Shown here one piece after another: positions 26,470-38,259 of a DNA stretch of 64,000 bases. The first letter of the stretch is position 1; every line of letters starts with the position of its first letter. The notes under the pieces were generated by a model. It ran no database searches and was not told the DNA's origin. It saw only the letters and a program-made list of their open reading frames with translations. The DNA lies in NCBI GenBank assembly GCA_964016885.1, contig OZ024746.1, positions 101,246,001 to 101,310,000 on the forward strand, read 5' to 3'. The position numbers were made by a program, and so were the translations under genes. Origin of the DNA: Eledone cirrhosa (taxonomy: Eukaryota).

Positions 26470-26537
26470 ATTTTATTATGCGCATTTCGAAAACAACATA
26501 ACCCTGGGACAAAAATTGCGTTCTCATCAGATAAAAT
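26470..26537 (-). ncRNA. Type I hammerhead ribozyme in 3' pseudo-LTR
   Basis: attttat CTGATGA gaac...gttttc GAA ATGCGCAT A ataaaat: 7-bp stem I, palindromic helix III, AUA cleavage triplet, long imperfect stem II. Confidence 0.8.
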
Positions 26538-26882
26538 AAGGTAACATGATATGAGGCCTAAAAACACTTGTCAACAGGAAAATGTCAAGTCTACATATGA
26601 CAGAAATATAAGAGTAAGAAAAAGATAGGAAAATAGAAGAAAAGGAAAGAAGAAGGAGAAAAAGGAAAAAGAAAGTGAAAAGAGGAAAAAAGAAAAAAAG
26701 GAAGAAGGAAGACGGAAGAGAGAGAGCGAGAAAGACTTTTGATCAGGAACGCTGTCAAAATGAAACAAGCTGTAAATAACGGTTAAAAAGTAAATTGATG
26801 AGGTGTATGTGCGAATATTATAAATGGTATTCAAATATTAGAGGTCTAAGTATAGAAACTGGGTATATTATTTTATATTGGG

Positions 26883-27084
26883 CGGTGGATTGGCAGTATC
26901 GGTAGAGGGTCGGTCGCCATGCTTTGCAGCAAAGAGTTACGGCCCTTTATGGTCTGAGTTCAAATCTCGCCGACTTTTGCCTTTCATCTCGCAAATCTAT
27001 GCCTTTCATCCTTACGGGGTCGATGAAATAAAGTACCAGTAATGCACTGGGATAATTGCTGGCCTTGTGTCAAAAGTAGAAATA
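26883..27084 (+). mobile_element. SINE family A with 16-bp TSD, inserted in the left PLE arm
   Basis: TSD attattttatattggg at 26867-26882 and 27085-27100. Empty site present in the right arm at 30100-30115. Confidence 0.92.
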
Positions 27085-27544
27085 ATTATTTTATATTGGG
27101 TTTAAATACTAAAAATTGGATTAAGAAGTGTAAAAATGTATTAATAAAATAAGATAAAATAAAATTAAAATAAGTATAAAAAGGTTTAAAAAAAAAAATA
27201 GTCTATCTATGTCAAAATTAAAAATTTCTATTAAAAATCTATATATGTGGGGTATACTATTTAATTATTATTTTATGTCAACAAGTAAATAAAGGAAATT
27301 GCTAGAATGATTTATAAACGTAGAAAAACATATGACGTCATAATTTGTTTACAAAATCTACGAAGGTTTGAACGAAAATTTAAGGCTATAGAAAAAAGGT
27401 CAAAGGCTTAAAATATGATGAGAAAACTAAATTAATACATTGTAGAATATAATGAAATACGTGTAAAAAAAATATGTGTAAAAAATATTTGTAAAAAATA
27501 TGTGTAAAAAATTAACCGTTATTCGTGGAATATGTTATAGGACA

Positions 27545-29500
27545 TTAGCTATATACTTTGTGAAAGGTCTTGAAGGATTTATGATTACAAAGACCAAATA
27601 AATCTGTTCTGTTTATTATAGAGTTGAAATTCGAGATAATGGTAAATTTTTCAACTAGACATAAATTACAAACACTAGATATGGAAGCATTGGACTATGG
27701 AGATGCGTTGTAGATTTTACGCCAAGAAATTTCGTAATTAATGTTTTTGTCTTTTAAGGACCAAATAAGTTCTGAGAGTGCGGTGTTGGTCCTTTTAAGT
27801 GGATATTTAAATGTAGAAGAATGGTTATAGAGTCTTCCTTTAAAAGAGGTAGAAGTAGAGCCAATGTAGGTATAGGTATTGGTACTAGTTACCACTTTAC
27901 ATTCATTAACTAGGTTTTTATCGAGACAGAAATTACTAAGAGGACAATTAGTTCTAATAGGGCAGTTGCATTTACGATTAAGATTATTTACAGTGTTATT
28001 GGCAAGTGGCCCAGGATTAATTATATTAGGAACTGGAGAGGTGGAATTAACTAAAGGAGGTGCTAAAGTTTCTAGATTTACATTACTATTTGATGTATTC
28101 CTCAAAGTTATGTTTGACGTCGTATTTATATTTGTGTTATTTTGCCTAGAGTTTACATTGACGTCGGGCTTTATAGTGTTATTATTATGACTCTCATGGT
28201 TGGATGCATATGAGTTATTATTTAATATTTTAGAATTATGTCTTGAGATAATTTTAGAACTGTTGGAAGTAGTGGAATATGAGAATTTAATAGTATGCCT
28301 ATTAAAAATCTTGCTATATATATGTGAAGTTGGGAAGCTGTTATACAAAGCCCTAAAAAATAATTTAGAGATATTATTAATAACGGAAAGAGAGAAGGGA
28401 GCGTTGTACCAGAGGATATTTTTATATCTAGGTCTCCTCCTTTTGTTAGTGGTATGATTATTACTAGCTACATTACTATAGTTACTATAAGCTCTGCCAA
28501 GATTAGTTTCCTTAGTATACCTAATTTTGTCTGGATATCCAGCCCTAGATAGCGCATTATTATAATAGTTGGCATTAGCTTCGAAGATATCTTTATTAGA
28601 GGATAAACTAGATTCTTTTTTCTACACTTCTGACTATAGCAGTTTTAACATTATTTAAAGTTAACGTAATTTATGTTTTCATTATCCTTATGATATGGGT
28701 AATATAGGCCGGTATCTAGATTAAGGGATATATCAAGGAAATTTGATAATTTATCATTATCTCGAATTCAATTAAGTTAAGATGCTTAAATAGATCAAGT
28801 ATATTTTTCTTAATAATATTAAAGTTTACTTTGTTACAATTAGAGACAGTAAAAAGAGCATCATCACGATAAATTCCACCGCGAAGTTGAGGAATTTTCC
28901 GGTTTAAAGAGTTCAAGATGAAAATTCTAACCAAGTCGGTCTGTTGAGCTGAATCCGACGAACCCATGGTGATGTCGAAATTGTTGGAAATATCCGCTCT
29001 TGTCCAATATTCATTGTTAAATTCCAAGATGGTTTTCCTTACGGTGAGAATGATGTTTATTTCTTCACAAGTAATGTCCGAGTACTTTAATGCATATAAG
29101 AGAGCCTTGTTTAGGAGTGAAGGAGAAATAGAAGAGTAATAGCTAGCAATGTCTAACTGAATAAATTTCAGTTTGTTTTTATTATTTAGGTCAAGGGTGA
29201 TGGATTAGCAGTATCGGTAGAGAGTCGGACGCCATGCTTTGACGCGTAGAGTTACGGCCCTTGCCATTCTGAGTTCAAATCCCGCCGAGGTTAACTTTGC
29301 CTTTCTTCTTTACGGGGTCGATAAAATAAAGTACCAGTAATACATTGGATAATTGCTGGCCTTGTGCCAAAAGTAGAAACAATTATTTAGGTCATTGAAC
29401 CAGTCTATTACATCAGATGAACCCAACCATAAATTTAGTTGGGATTTAAACCTAACCTGTTGGATAATTCTATCCAAGATGGATTTACTAACAACCCCTA
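27545..29500 (-). pseudogene. Disrupted PLE RT + GIY-YIG ORF
   Basis: GVVSKSILD...LWLGSSDVIDWF...KFIQLDIASYYSSISPSLL; FDITMGSSDSAQ..DLV...GIYRDDAL; KCNC..RTNCPL..FCL...YIGSTSTSFKGRLYNH...TALSELIWSLK...W; after a TAG stop, CNLCLVEK...LCNHK. Contains frameshifts and a SINE insertion. Confidence 0.88.
29194..29381 (+). mobile_element. SINE family A with 13-bp TSD, inserted in PLE RT
   Basis: TSD attatttaggtca at 29181-29193 and 29382-29394. Confidence 0.92.
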
Positions 29501-30420
29501 GATAATAATTATCTCATATGCTTCACTATTGATAATAACCAAACTCAGTATTGAGAAAAAAACAGAACCCTTCTTCCCAAGAATTCCGAGGATTAGTCTG
29601 AAGGAGCATAAAAGAAATTTTCGAATGGACTTGCATGTAAGACTAATTTCCCCTTCTAAATCTGACCTAGGGGTTGTTATTAAATCGATCTGACCTAGCG
29701 GTTGTTAGTAAATCCATATTTTTTTACACATATTTCATTATATTCTACAATGTATTAATTTAGTTTTCTCATCATATTTTAAGCCTTTGACCTTTTTTCT
29801 ATAGCCTTAAATTTTCGTTCAAACCTTCGTAGATTTTGTAAACAAATTATGACGCCATATGTTTTTCTACGTTTATAAATCATTCTAGCAATTTCCTTTA
29901 TTTACTTGTTGATATAAAATAATAATTAAATAGTATACCCCACATATATAGATTTTTAATAGAAATTTTTAATTTTGACATAGATAGACTATTTTTTTAT
30001 TTTTATTTTAAAAACCTTTTTTATACTTATTTTAATTTAATTTAATTTTATTTTATTAATACATTTTTACACTTCTTAATCCAATTTTTAGTATTTAAAC
30101 CCAATATAAAATAATATACCCAGTTTCTATACTTAGACCTCTAATATTTGAATACCATCTATAATATTCGCACATACACCTCATCAATTTACTTTTTAAC
30201 CGTTATTTACAGCTAGCTTCATTTTGACAGCGTTCCTCATCAAAAGTCTCTCTCTCTCTTCCTTCTTTCTTTTTTCCTCTCTTCACTTTCTTTTTCCTTT
30301 TTCTCCTTCTTTCCTTTTCTTCTATTTTCCTATTTTTTTCTTACTCTTATATTTCTGTCATATGTAGACTTGACATTTTCCTGTTGACAAGTGTTTTTAG
30401 GCCTCATATCATGTTACCTT

Positions 30421-30488
30421 ATTTTATCTGATGAGAACGCAATTTTTGTCCCAGGATTATGTTGTTTTCGAAATGTGCATAATAAAAT
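30421..30488 (+). ncRNA. Type I hammerhead ribozyme in inverted pseudo-LTR
   Basis: attttat CTGATGA gaac...gttttc GAA ATGTGCAT A ataaaat. Mirror of 26470-26537. Confidence 0.75.
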
Positions 30489-30763
30489 ATATGGAACTCT
30501 TTTAACCATCTTTTAATTTCTTCTTTATTAAGTTTTCCTCAAAATATTTCATAGCAGACTTTGTAAGTTGTTAGACTTCAAAATATTCCACTGAGATGTA
30601 GCCATGGTTTCTGCTGAACTCTTCAACAATATCCAACAAATCTTTCCATACTCTTTCATAGAAGCATCTTTATTAGTGTTGTTTACTATTTTTTTCATAC
30701 ATCTGTATTATCATCATCATCATCATCATCATCATCATAAAACTTATCATTACAAAATGCACA

Positions 30764-30832
<69 letters not shown>

Positions 30833-31197
30833 AGGAGGTTGAACAATGAAAACAAAAATGATGAGGTTTAATTAATCTATTATTTTACAACGGAAGGACA
30901 AACTGAACATTGATACGGAAACATTGACCAATCAATGAGCATTGATACGGAAACATTGACCAATCAATAGCAGTTGTAATTTATTAGAATTAGCCTAGAT
31001 AAAATGTATTGATTTTCTCATTGATCCTGAGAAACAATGGTCCTGAAAACTTTATTGAAAAGTTACAAATATATAAGGTTGACATTATGGAGATAATTAG
31101 GGAGGAGGGCAGTTAAATAGAGGAGATATATAAAAGAAAGGGTTGCGAGGACCTTTCAGTTGTGTCACGGACATGACAACCTCTCTACTGTTGGTGA

Positions 31198-31480
31198 TCA
31201 TCATCATCATTGTTTAACATCTATCATCCACTCTATCATGGGTTAGACGGGAATTGTCCCACCTGAGGCAAGATTGATCAGGTGACCATGTTTCGCTCGT
31301 ATAGGATTATCTGGCAGGTTTTCTACGGCTGGATGCCCTTCTTAACACCAACCACATTTACAGTGTGGACTGGGAGCCTTTTTACTGTGTCTCCTACACA
31401 ACCACTTTACAGCGTGGACTGGATGCTTTTACACACTGTAAAGTGGTTGGTGATAGGAAGGTCATCCAGCCTTAGAAAGC
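31198..31480. mobile_element. Decayed SINE-B/RTE-tail fragments in opposite orientations
   Basis: (cat)n...ttctacggctggatgcccttcttaacac (minus), followed by ggttggtgataggaaggtcatccagc (plus). Confidence 0.6.
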
Positions 31481-32339
31481 TTGTTAAAGAAAGGGTTGAG
31501 AGGACCCTCTCATTGTGTCAAAGACATAACAACCTTTCAGGCCCTGCTGCAACAATAAAATGTACTTTGTAGAATGTAGAAGTACATGTAAGCAAGAGGT
31601 GAACCCCCAGTCTGTCTGGGAAGACACTAGCTTCACTTCAGTGATGACAAGGTCTGTGAAAACCCCTCCAACCTTCGCTAGCAGAGGATAGGAGAAGTAA
31701 AAAAAGAAGTGAGACAAGTAAAAGAACACAATGATATAATAATAGCTGTGGATCTTATTGTAAAACTGTAATGAGATCCAGAATGATTATTATATCAACC
31801 TGCAAACTCAATAGCACGAAGTGAAGAACAGTACCCATTGATCAGACATAACACAGGAATAATGGACAGAGGAAGAAGTTGGAAAGTTAGATAAAAGAAC
31901 AAGGAAGGTGATGGAAGATGTTAGCAGGCTATAAATGGAAGATGTTGAGAGGCTATCTTTCAGCAGAGAGTGAGAGAGAGGGAAATTGATAAAGAGAAAT
32001 GAAAAGAGAGGGGGAGGAGAAAGAGATATAGATAAATGAAAAGAGAGGGTGAGAGGGGGGGGGGGGGAAGAGATATAACACCTACATATGATAACATACA
32101 CAGCTACAGGTGTGTTTGTGAGTAGTTGAGCAGGAGTTTTCATAGAGAGGTTAAGGTAGACTGGTCAGAGGTCTTTAGCAACAAAAATATGAAGATTTTG
32201 CATATGATGGCTGCCCCCTTGTTATCGAGTATGACCATTGCACAATAAAATAAGAAAATACACACACACATTAATAATTAATGGTGCTGCAATCAAATGT
32301 GTCTTTTTAGATCTAAAATGTCTTGCACAGAGTTGTCAA

Positions 32340-32460
32340 CCATGATAAAAACATTCACTGGCAATAGCCAATGTAGTTTAGCATGTCGTTTGAGCCCTCC
32401 TGCTGATCTACACTCTCTTCCACATGCTTGACAGGTCTCGAAGGGTGTGGGTGTTAGAAC
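32340..32460 (-). mobile_element. Non-LTR retrotransposon C-terminal C2H2 zinc-finger remnant
   Basis: CQACGRECRSAGGLKRHAKLH resembles the C-terminal zinc finger of RTE-type ORFs. No splice context seen. Confidence 0.5.
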
Positions 32461-32588
32461 ATAGGTGGGATGCTTGGATGTGGGAGGTGTATGGAAAGAG
32501 GGAGGGGAAAGTAGTACATACAAACCGTATGCTTCAACTTGTGCTCATGGTAAGGTGGGTCTTCTGCATTTATTTATATATATTTATA

Positions 32589-32889
32589 TATTGTTATACT
32601 TTGGGAGGGTCATGCTACCAATAGAAACACATGCACCTGTTGGTTTTCACTTCAATTTCTGTCCTACACCATCTTGTTTGGTGTAGGACAGAACAAAGAA
32701 GGGACACAAAATATAAACTTAGTCACTGAGGAGGTCACAGAATGTGTGACAAAAGAGCTTTGACAATATATAAACAAGCATCCGGTTATCGAACCAACCA
32801 ACTGGAAATTTATAATAAATTGAAGTGAAACCCAACAGGTGTGTGTGTGTTTTTATTGGCAACATGACCTTCCCAAAGTATAACAATAT
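32589..32889. mobile_element. Fold-back element with ~70-bp inverted arms and a decayed hammerhead in the spacer
   Basis: Arms 32589-32658 / 32817-32889. At 32722-32764: gtca CTGAGGA g gtcac agaatgt gtgac aAAAGAGCTT tgac. Confidence 0.7.
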
Positions 32890-33020
32890 CTGTTTCAACA
32901 CACATTTTCAGATAAGAAACAAATTCAAAAACGAAGTAAAGAGAGAAAGAGAGGATGCGAGAGAGCGAGTGAGAGAGAAGCACACCAGGCGCTTGGGTCG
33001 ATCAGCCTTCTAGAGTGCTT

Positions 33021-33442
33021 GGAAAAATAAATTTCCCCTTCTTTCGGTAAACGAAAATACTCGGAACGGCTGTTACGCCCTTGGGCCCTGGGCGGGCTTG
33101 GAATCCGCCGTGCCACCGGTTATTGACCGCCAAACAGTATTTTTAAATTCTAAGCTTAATCATATCTTTACAATTTATCATGCCTCCTTCTACTAGCCCT
33201 TTAACTAAATCCCCCATCAGTGTGAATAACTAATAATCGTTTGGTATACACGATGGTCAGCCGACAGTGGCGGGCTTCCCGCTAGCACACTCGGCGCTTG
33301 AGACAGTTAACATTCCTGGAGTGTTCGGAAAAATAAATTTCCCTTTCTTTCGGTAGACGAAAATACTTGGAACGGTTGACACGCCATTGGGCCCCGGGTG
33401 GGCTGGGAGTCTGCAACGTCACTGGTTACTGACCGCCAAACA
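33021..33442. repeat. GC-rich ~115-bp diverged direct repeat, ~307 bp apart
   Basis: ggaaaaataaatttccc...ttctttcggta.acgaaaatact.ggaacgg...accggttattgaccgccaaaca at 33021-33135 and 33328-33442. Confidence 0.85.
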
Positions 33443-34028
33443 TGGGCTTAGTCCTGACTTTATATTCTACCCTGAAACTGTATCGTGACTATCAATAATA
33501 CAATTAACCTTTTCATAAATGCCCCCTTCTGTAAATTCTTTAACTAAATCTCCCAAATTTAAACCTAAATCTTACTTTTCTAATCTCATCTTAAATTCTA
33601 ATCATAAATTTTACATTTCTAATCTTTAATCGTAATTTCTGACCCTATAATGAAAAATATACTGTACAGTCGCCCACTTTATATAGCTTTGTTAAAGATA
33701 TATGTTTTTTGAAAAAATATATTTCTTAGCAATTTTTAGCACTCCTGACCAACTTCTATGTAACCTGATCCCACCGCTAGCCTCTGTCCATAACGAGGTG
33801 GTAGTAGTACACTATAAGCTTGCGCCCCTTCACCAGAAAGACACTGAACCTGGTCATTGAAATGTTCATAGTATAATAAACTTTTAAGGAATTACACCAG
33901 TCCAGCCTCCTGTTATTTTATAATAGTTAACAGCGTACTCGCACCACCAACTACACAAACGAAGACAGGTGAGTTGCATTACGTTGAGTGCTCTCCCTAA
34001 TATTACATCAAGGTTGACTATACGGAAT

Positions 34029-34065
34029 GACCAGTTCTATCCAGTGGTGAACCAACAAACCTAAA

Positions 34066-34115
<50 letters not shown>

Positions 34116-34152
34116 TTTAGGTTTGTTGGTTCACCACTGGATAGAACTGGTC
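34029..34152. repeat. Palindrome centred on (TA)n
   Basis: gaccagttctatccagtggtgaaccaacaaacctaaatgaat-(AT)n-attcatttaggtttgttggttcaccactggatagaactggtc. Confidence 0.95.
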
Positions 34153-34273
34153 CTTCCTGTTCCTATAGCCATACACATCCTGAGCTGAAGATCCGCGAAG
34201 GTGAAACAATTGCTGTTGGTATGGTGAACTAACTGTTGTGTAACCACTTCTATATATATATATATATATATAT

Positions 34274-34391
34274 GAAAATGTTTGACCCCGACGGCAGAGC
34301 TCAAGCCGTTTCGACGGCTATTTCTGGACTCATGAGTCCAAAAATAGCCGTCGAAATGGCTTGAGCTCTGCCGTCAGGATCAAACATTTTC
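34274..34391. repeat. Near-perfect 118-bp palindrome containing the 3' half of a hammerhead
   Basis: Centre ggactca|tgagtcc. Each arm carries GAA AYGGC ttgagctct GCCGT C (helix III + GUC triplet). Confidence 0.85.
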
Positions 34392-35309
34392 CTATTACCC
34401 ACTCTACTACCCTAAGTATTAAGTACTGTGGTGTGTTATGGTCCATCTGGTTCCTTACCACACCTCCTTCGTTATATATATATATATATAGGTCAAGGTA
34501 ATGTGGAGAAAGTATATTTATTAGTATTATTCATTTTCTTTTTTTTCTGTACTAAGAGAAAACAAGCAAAATAGTTTTCTGACTCTCGGTGAACTAGAAA
34601 GGTAGGAGAAAGTGTCAAAACCTGTTTATTATTTGCTAGACTATCTCACATGTCAATAGTAAACCATTTCAAATTGTAATTGGGCTGTGAATATTTATAA
34701 TAAAAATATTTAACATATTCCAGGTTAAAAACTCTAGTATATTAACTAAAACCAAATTAAATGTTTAGGATTGAGAAATTAAGTATTGTTTAGTTGTGAC
34801 ATCTCAACGGATGTTGACAATAAGAGAGATCATTTATGATGAGTCATTATTGAGATGAGAAAGTTAATTCATAGGACAAAGTATTGTGATATTTAGAGAA
34901 ATTGTTATATTATTTAATTAGTTTTCATATTTAGAAAGAGAGAGTCTAGCACAGATCCAACGGAGGGAGCTGCCAGTCAACAGCAGTCTGTCAAACAATA
35001 AAGAGCATAAAAATAGGGAAAGCAGCTGGTTGATCAGGAATAGTCACTGAGATGCTTAAACCATCTGGTTTAGTAGGGTATGGTTTAGTCACACACCAGC
35101 CAAACTACAAAGATACTATACACAATGATTTTTCGACATCACATGTGTATGCTATTGGATGAAATAGAATATATGTTTTTGCAAACACAACCACAAGGAT
35201 ATGGTCTGAACGTGGAAGAGCCGAACTCCCACTGTCATTGCCTCCATCTCTCTCTCCCTCCCCATCTCTCTGTATGGTGAGCAAATGGGGTCCCATGTGC
35301 TGGCCTCCC

Positions 35310-35550
35310 CACAGCCCCGGCAGACAGAATGGAGAAGGTGTTTCCCCGGAGGATGGTGAGGGAGATGCGCTGGAAGAGCCATTCCATCTCGCGAGGCTCA
35401 CACCTGCGGCTGGCCAGCTCAGCACCTATGGTGGTGAGTAGGGAGGTAGACGTAGAGCCAAGGACACCAGAAGTCTCCACTGCCAAGGGCATGACTGCAA
35501 ACCTGTCGGAGAGCGACTGGTACTTGGAGAGTTTACCCTCCTCAGCCCGA
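35310..35550 (-). mobile_element. CRE-clade non-LTR retrotransposon 3' fragment (restriction-like endonuclease)
   Basis: AEEGKLSKYQSLSDRFAVMPLAVETSGVLG...EPREMEWLFQRISLTILRGN matches the K..KY...P.A.ET.G...QR.S....RGN signature. Confidence 0.8.
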
Positions 35551-35577
35551 CAATGATTGATGTAGCAGCATTATTGT

Positions 35578-35850
35578 CAACTGCCATTAAGGAAAAGTTG
35601 ATGCATTAGAGCGAAGCAATTACAGAGGCATACACTAATGGAGCAGGTTATGAGAGGTACAGAAAGGGTTATTGCGAAATTGATCTGAATTACAATTAAA
35701 TTAGATGAGATGCAGTTTGGATTTTTGCCAGGAAAAGATACTACTAATGCCATCTTTTTAGTGAGACAACTGCAAGAGAAGTATCTAGCAAGGAATAAGC
35801 CACTATACTTAGAATTTGTCGATCTGGAGAAAGCCTTTAACAAAGTCTTA
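35578..35850 (+). mobile_element. RTE-type RT fragment
   Basis: MQFGFLPGKDTTNAIFLVRQLQEKYLARNKPLYLEFVDLEKAF; same family as 15540-15780. Confidence 0.85.
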
Positions 35851-36778
35851 TCTATAATGCCCCTTTCTCTTTATTGTCATTATTTAATTATTTCTTTTTT
35901 GCTACATACTATAACTAAATAATTTTGATTCTAGATTTTGTTTCCACTCCTGAAATGTTTTTCTCAAGATCTTACTTAAATTCTGTTATAAGAATCAAGC
36001 TATATAGATATATATATATCTTTCTGGTTACCCCCACCCCGCCAGAATTCGTGAATATTACATTTCTCTTTCCCTGTCTACCTAAAACAACGCCAATAAA
36101 ACTGTATCTACCTTCTCTTAAATACACTTAATGTCCCATACAGCATTTCCAAGGTCTAGCTAAATCTGAAATACAATATATATGTGGATGAAACAATTAA
36201 AATTTTATGAGTTTCCTTTTATTAACGTCTTTACCACAATATAAATAGATTAAAATCCTATTGTGTTGTTGCATTTTGTAATAATTTACTTGTAAAAAAG
36301 AAATTTTCCCCACAAAGAAGAAAAAAGATGGAGCAATTAATTTATGCTTCCATACTTTAATTTTCTTCTTGTTTCATTTTCACTTATCACTAATAAAAAT
36401 ATTTTCCAAACAATTTAAGAGAGAATGGTGGAGAAAGGTTAGAAATGTTGTCTATCTTGAAATAAGGGATGAAATTATAATTAAAAAATGTACAAAAAAT
36501 TACTAAAACCATTAGATTCCATAGAATACAACACCATACTCATTTTCCTTATTCTAAATATCTTTAAGATCTATCCAATAAAAGAACTTTCAATCAGAGA
36601 ATTGTTTGCTAAATCTTTCACAATTTAAAAGTTTTAATATTTTCCTGAAAATAAGACAAATTCTAAAATATTGAGCTGAAAAATTGTAAAAAATAACATT
36701 TTGCCCTTCCCAAACTTGAAATTATAATGAACGGCATTTGCATTGGTGTAAGTGGAAAGAAATGATTAACAATCTTAC

Positions 36779-37596
36779 CTTGGCACACTATCCAATGTGC
36801 TTGGAGTGTCGACTTGAGGGAGCGTTTGAGAGGAGGTTAACTTGTAACTTTGCACTGAATGGGATAATGTTACAGGAACGGTAACTGTTCGGGTCATAGA
36901 TTTTTTGGAAGAGTACAAGCGAGAAAACAATTTGTCTTTGTTGCCAGATGTATCACAGTCATTTGTGTCTGTTGGACGAAGTGTTAAACTTTTTGGTAAA
37001 GAAGTCACAACATGATGAGATAAATCCTCTGTAATATAACCATCATTAAATAATTGTTCCTGGTATTCTTCCATATCCTGTGATGACATGTTACTAATTG
37101 GAGTAACAATTTCACCTTTTGTAGGCAGTGAAGCACGACGAGGCTGGACTTTGGGACTTGTTGGTAGACTGGTACATATGGCATGCCAAGAAGCAGTTTT
37201 CTTGTCTGATTGAGTTGGAGGCAGTAATAAATAATTTTCATCCAGATCTGGCACTGAAGATTTCACTATGCAGTTGCAAGGACTATCAGAATTAGCTAAA
37301 GATTTTGTTTGACGTTGAGATTTTGCTCTTTTCAGAGCCAACTTCCGGGACTTTAATTTACACTGGGCTTCTTCACAGCGGGCTATTGTCTTCTCACACT
37401 GACTGAGGAGTTTTTCATTTTCTAACTCCTTTGCCTGCTGCAAAATCTCTTTGAACAACTCATCACTGATTGGAGGATGGTCCTGCATAAACAGTTCCAT
37501 GCTTCTAATCATGTTGTCTAACTTTTCCACACTTGAGCAATTTTCTGTCTTCATATTTACAATAAACTTCATGGATTCCAAAGCCCAAATGTAGGC
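36779..37596 (-). CDS. PLEKHG4: RhoGEF exon, spectrin-like helical repeat plus Ser/Thr-rich linker
   Basis: tttctttcag|GCC TAC ATT TGG...CCA AG|gtaag, 818 nt, phase 0/2. AYIWALESMKF...HPPISDELFKEILQQAKEL...QCEKTIARCEEAQCKL resembles the last spectrin-like repeat of the PLEKHG4/ARHGEF40 family. Confidence 0.82.
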
Positions 37597-38216
37597 CTGA
37601 AAGAAAATAGAAACATACTGTAAAGAAATGACCAACGTTTGGTGAGAGAGAGAGAGAGAGAAGACGATATGTACAAAAAAACTTGACCCCTGCACTGGAT
37701 TGTTACTTTTTTAATTAACTTCAAAAGGACAAAAGACAATTTAAAGCCAGAACATTCTATCTGACATTCACATTGTTTTACTGATTTAATTTCAGTTATT
37801 GGACAGTGGCCAAGCTGGAGCATTACCTTCAAAGTTCCATTGACTCTAGTCGTTATGGTCTGCTATATATTTTATTATTCTTGGAAAGACAAAATCAAAT
37901 ACTAGCAATAACAAAGAAATATGGTTGTGGAAGTATTTTTAGAATATGTACACTGTATCTGTGAGAAAAGGTGACCAAACGAGAAAAAGGAGATCTGGCT
38001 GTAAAACATTGTCTCAAATCATTCCATTCAACCCACATCAAAATGTTGGTGTAAAAATAATGATGTTGATGACCTGCGTGTGCGTGCGAATTTTGTATAT
38101 CTAATGATATATGGTATGTTTATGAAAAAAACATTTGGAAAGCCCTCTAGCTATAAATATTGAAAGGCTGATAGCTAGCGCCATCTAACAGATTCCAGTA
38201 GAAGCAGTGGGGGACA

Positions 38217-38259
38217 ACTGTCAATGGACATTTCAGGCTCTGGCCATCATCAGGACAGT
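38217..38259 (-). ncRNA. Type I hammerhead ribozyme
   Basis: actgtc CTGATGA t ggc caga gcc t GAA ATG tc CAT T gacagt: 6-bp stem I, intact core. Lies in a ~295-bp unit bounded by direct repeats at 38088 and 38383. Confidence 0.8.

Larger units (their letters stand above)
26438..30528 (-). mobile_element. Penelope-like retroelement (Naiad-type), 5'-truncated/inverted, with inverted pseudo-LTRs
   Basis: Minus-strand RT and C-terminal GIY-YIG remnants between ~0.8-kb inverted arms (26438-~27480 and ~29720-30528), each carrying a hammerhead. Confidence 0.88.

Noticed and set aside
27545-28000. Selenocysteine recoding as reported for some Naiad PLEs
   Set aside because: The conserved Cys positions read as Cys codons, and the in-frame stop at 27695-27697 is TAG at a probable Tyr position, not TGA.
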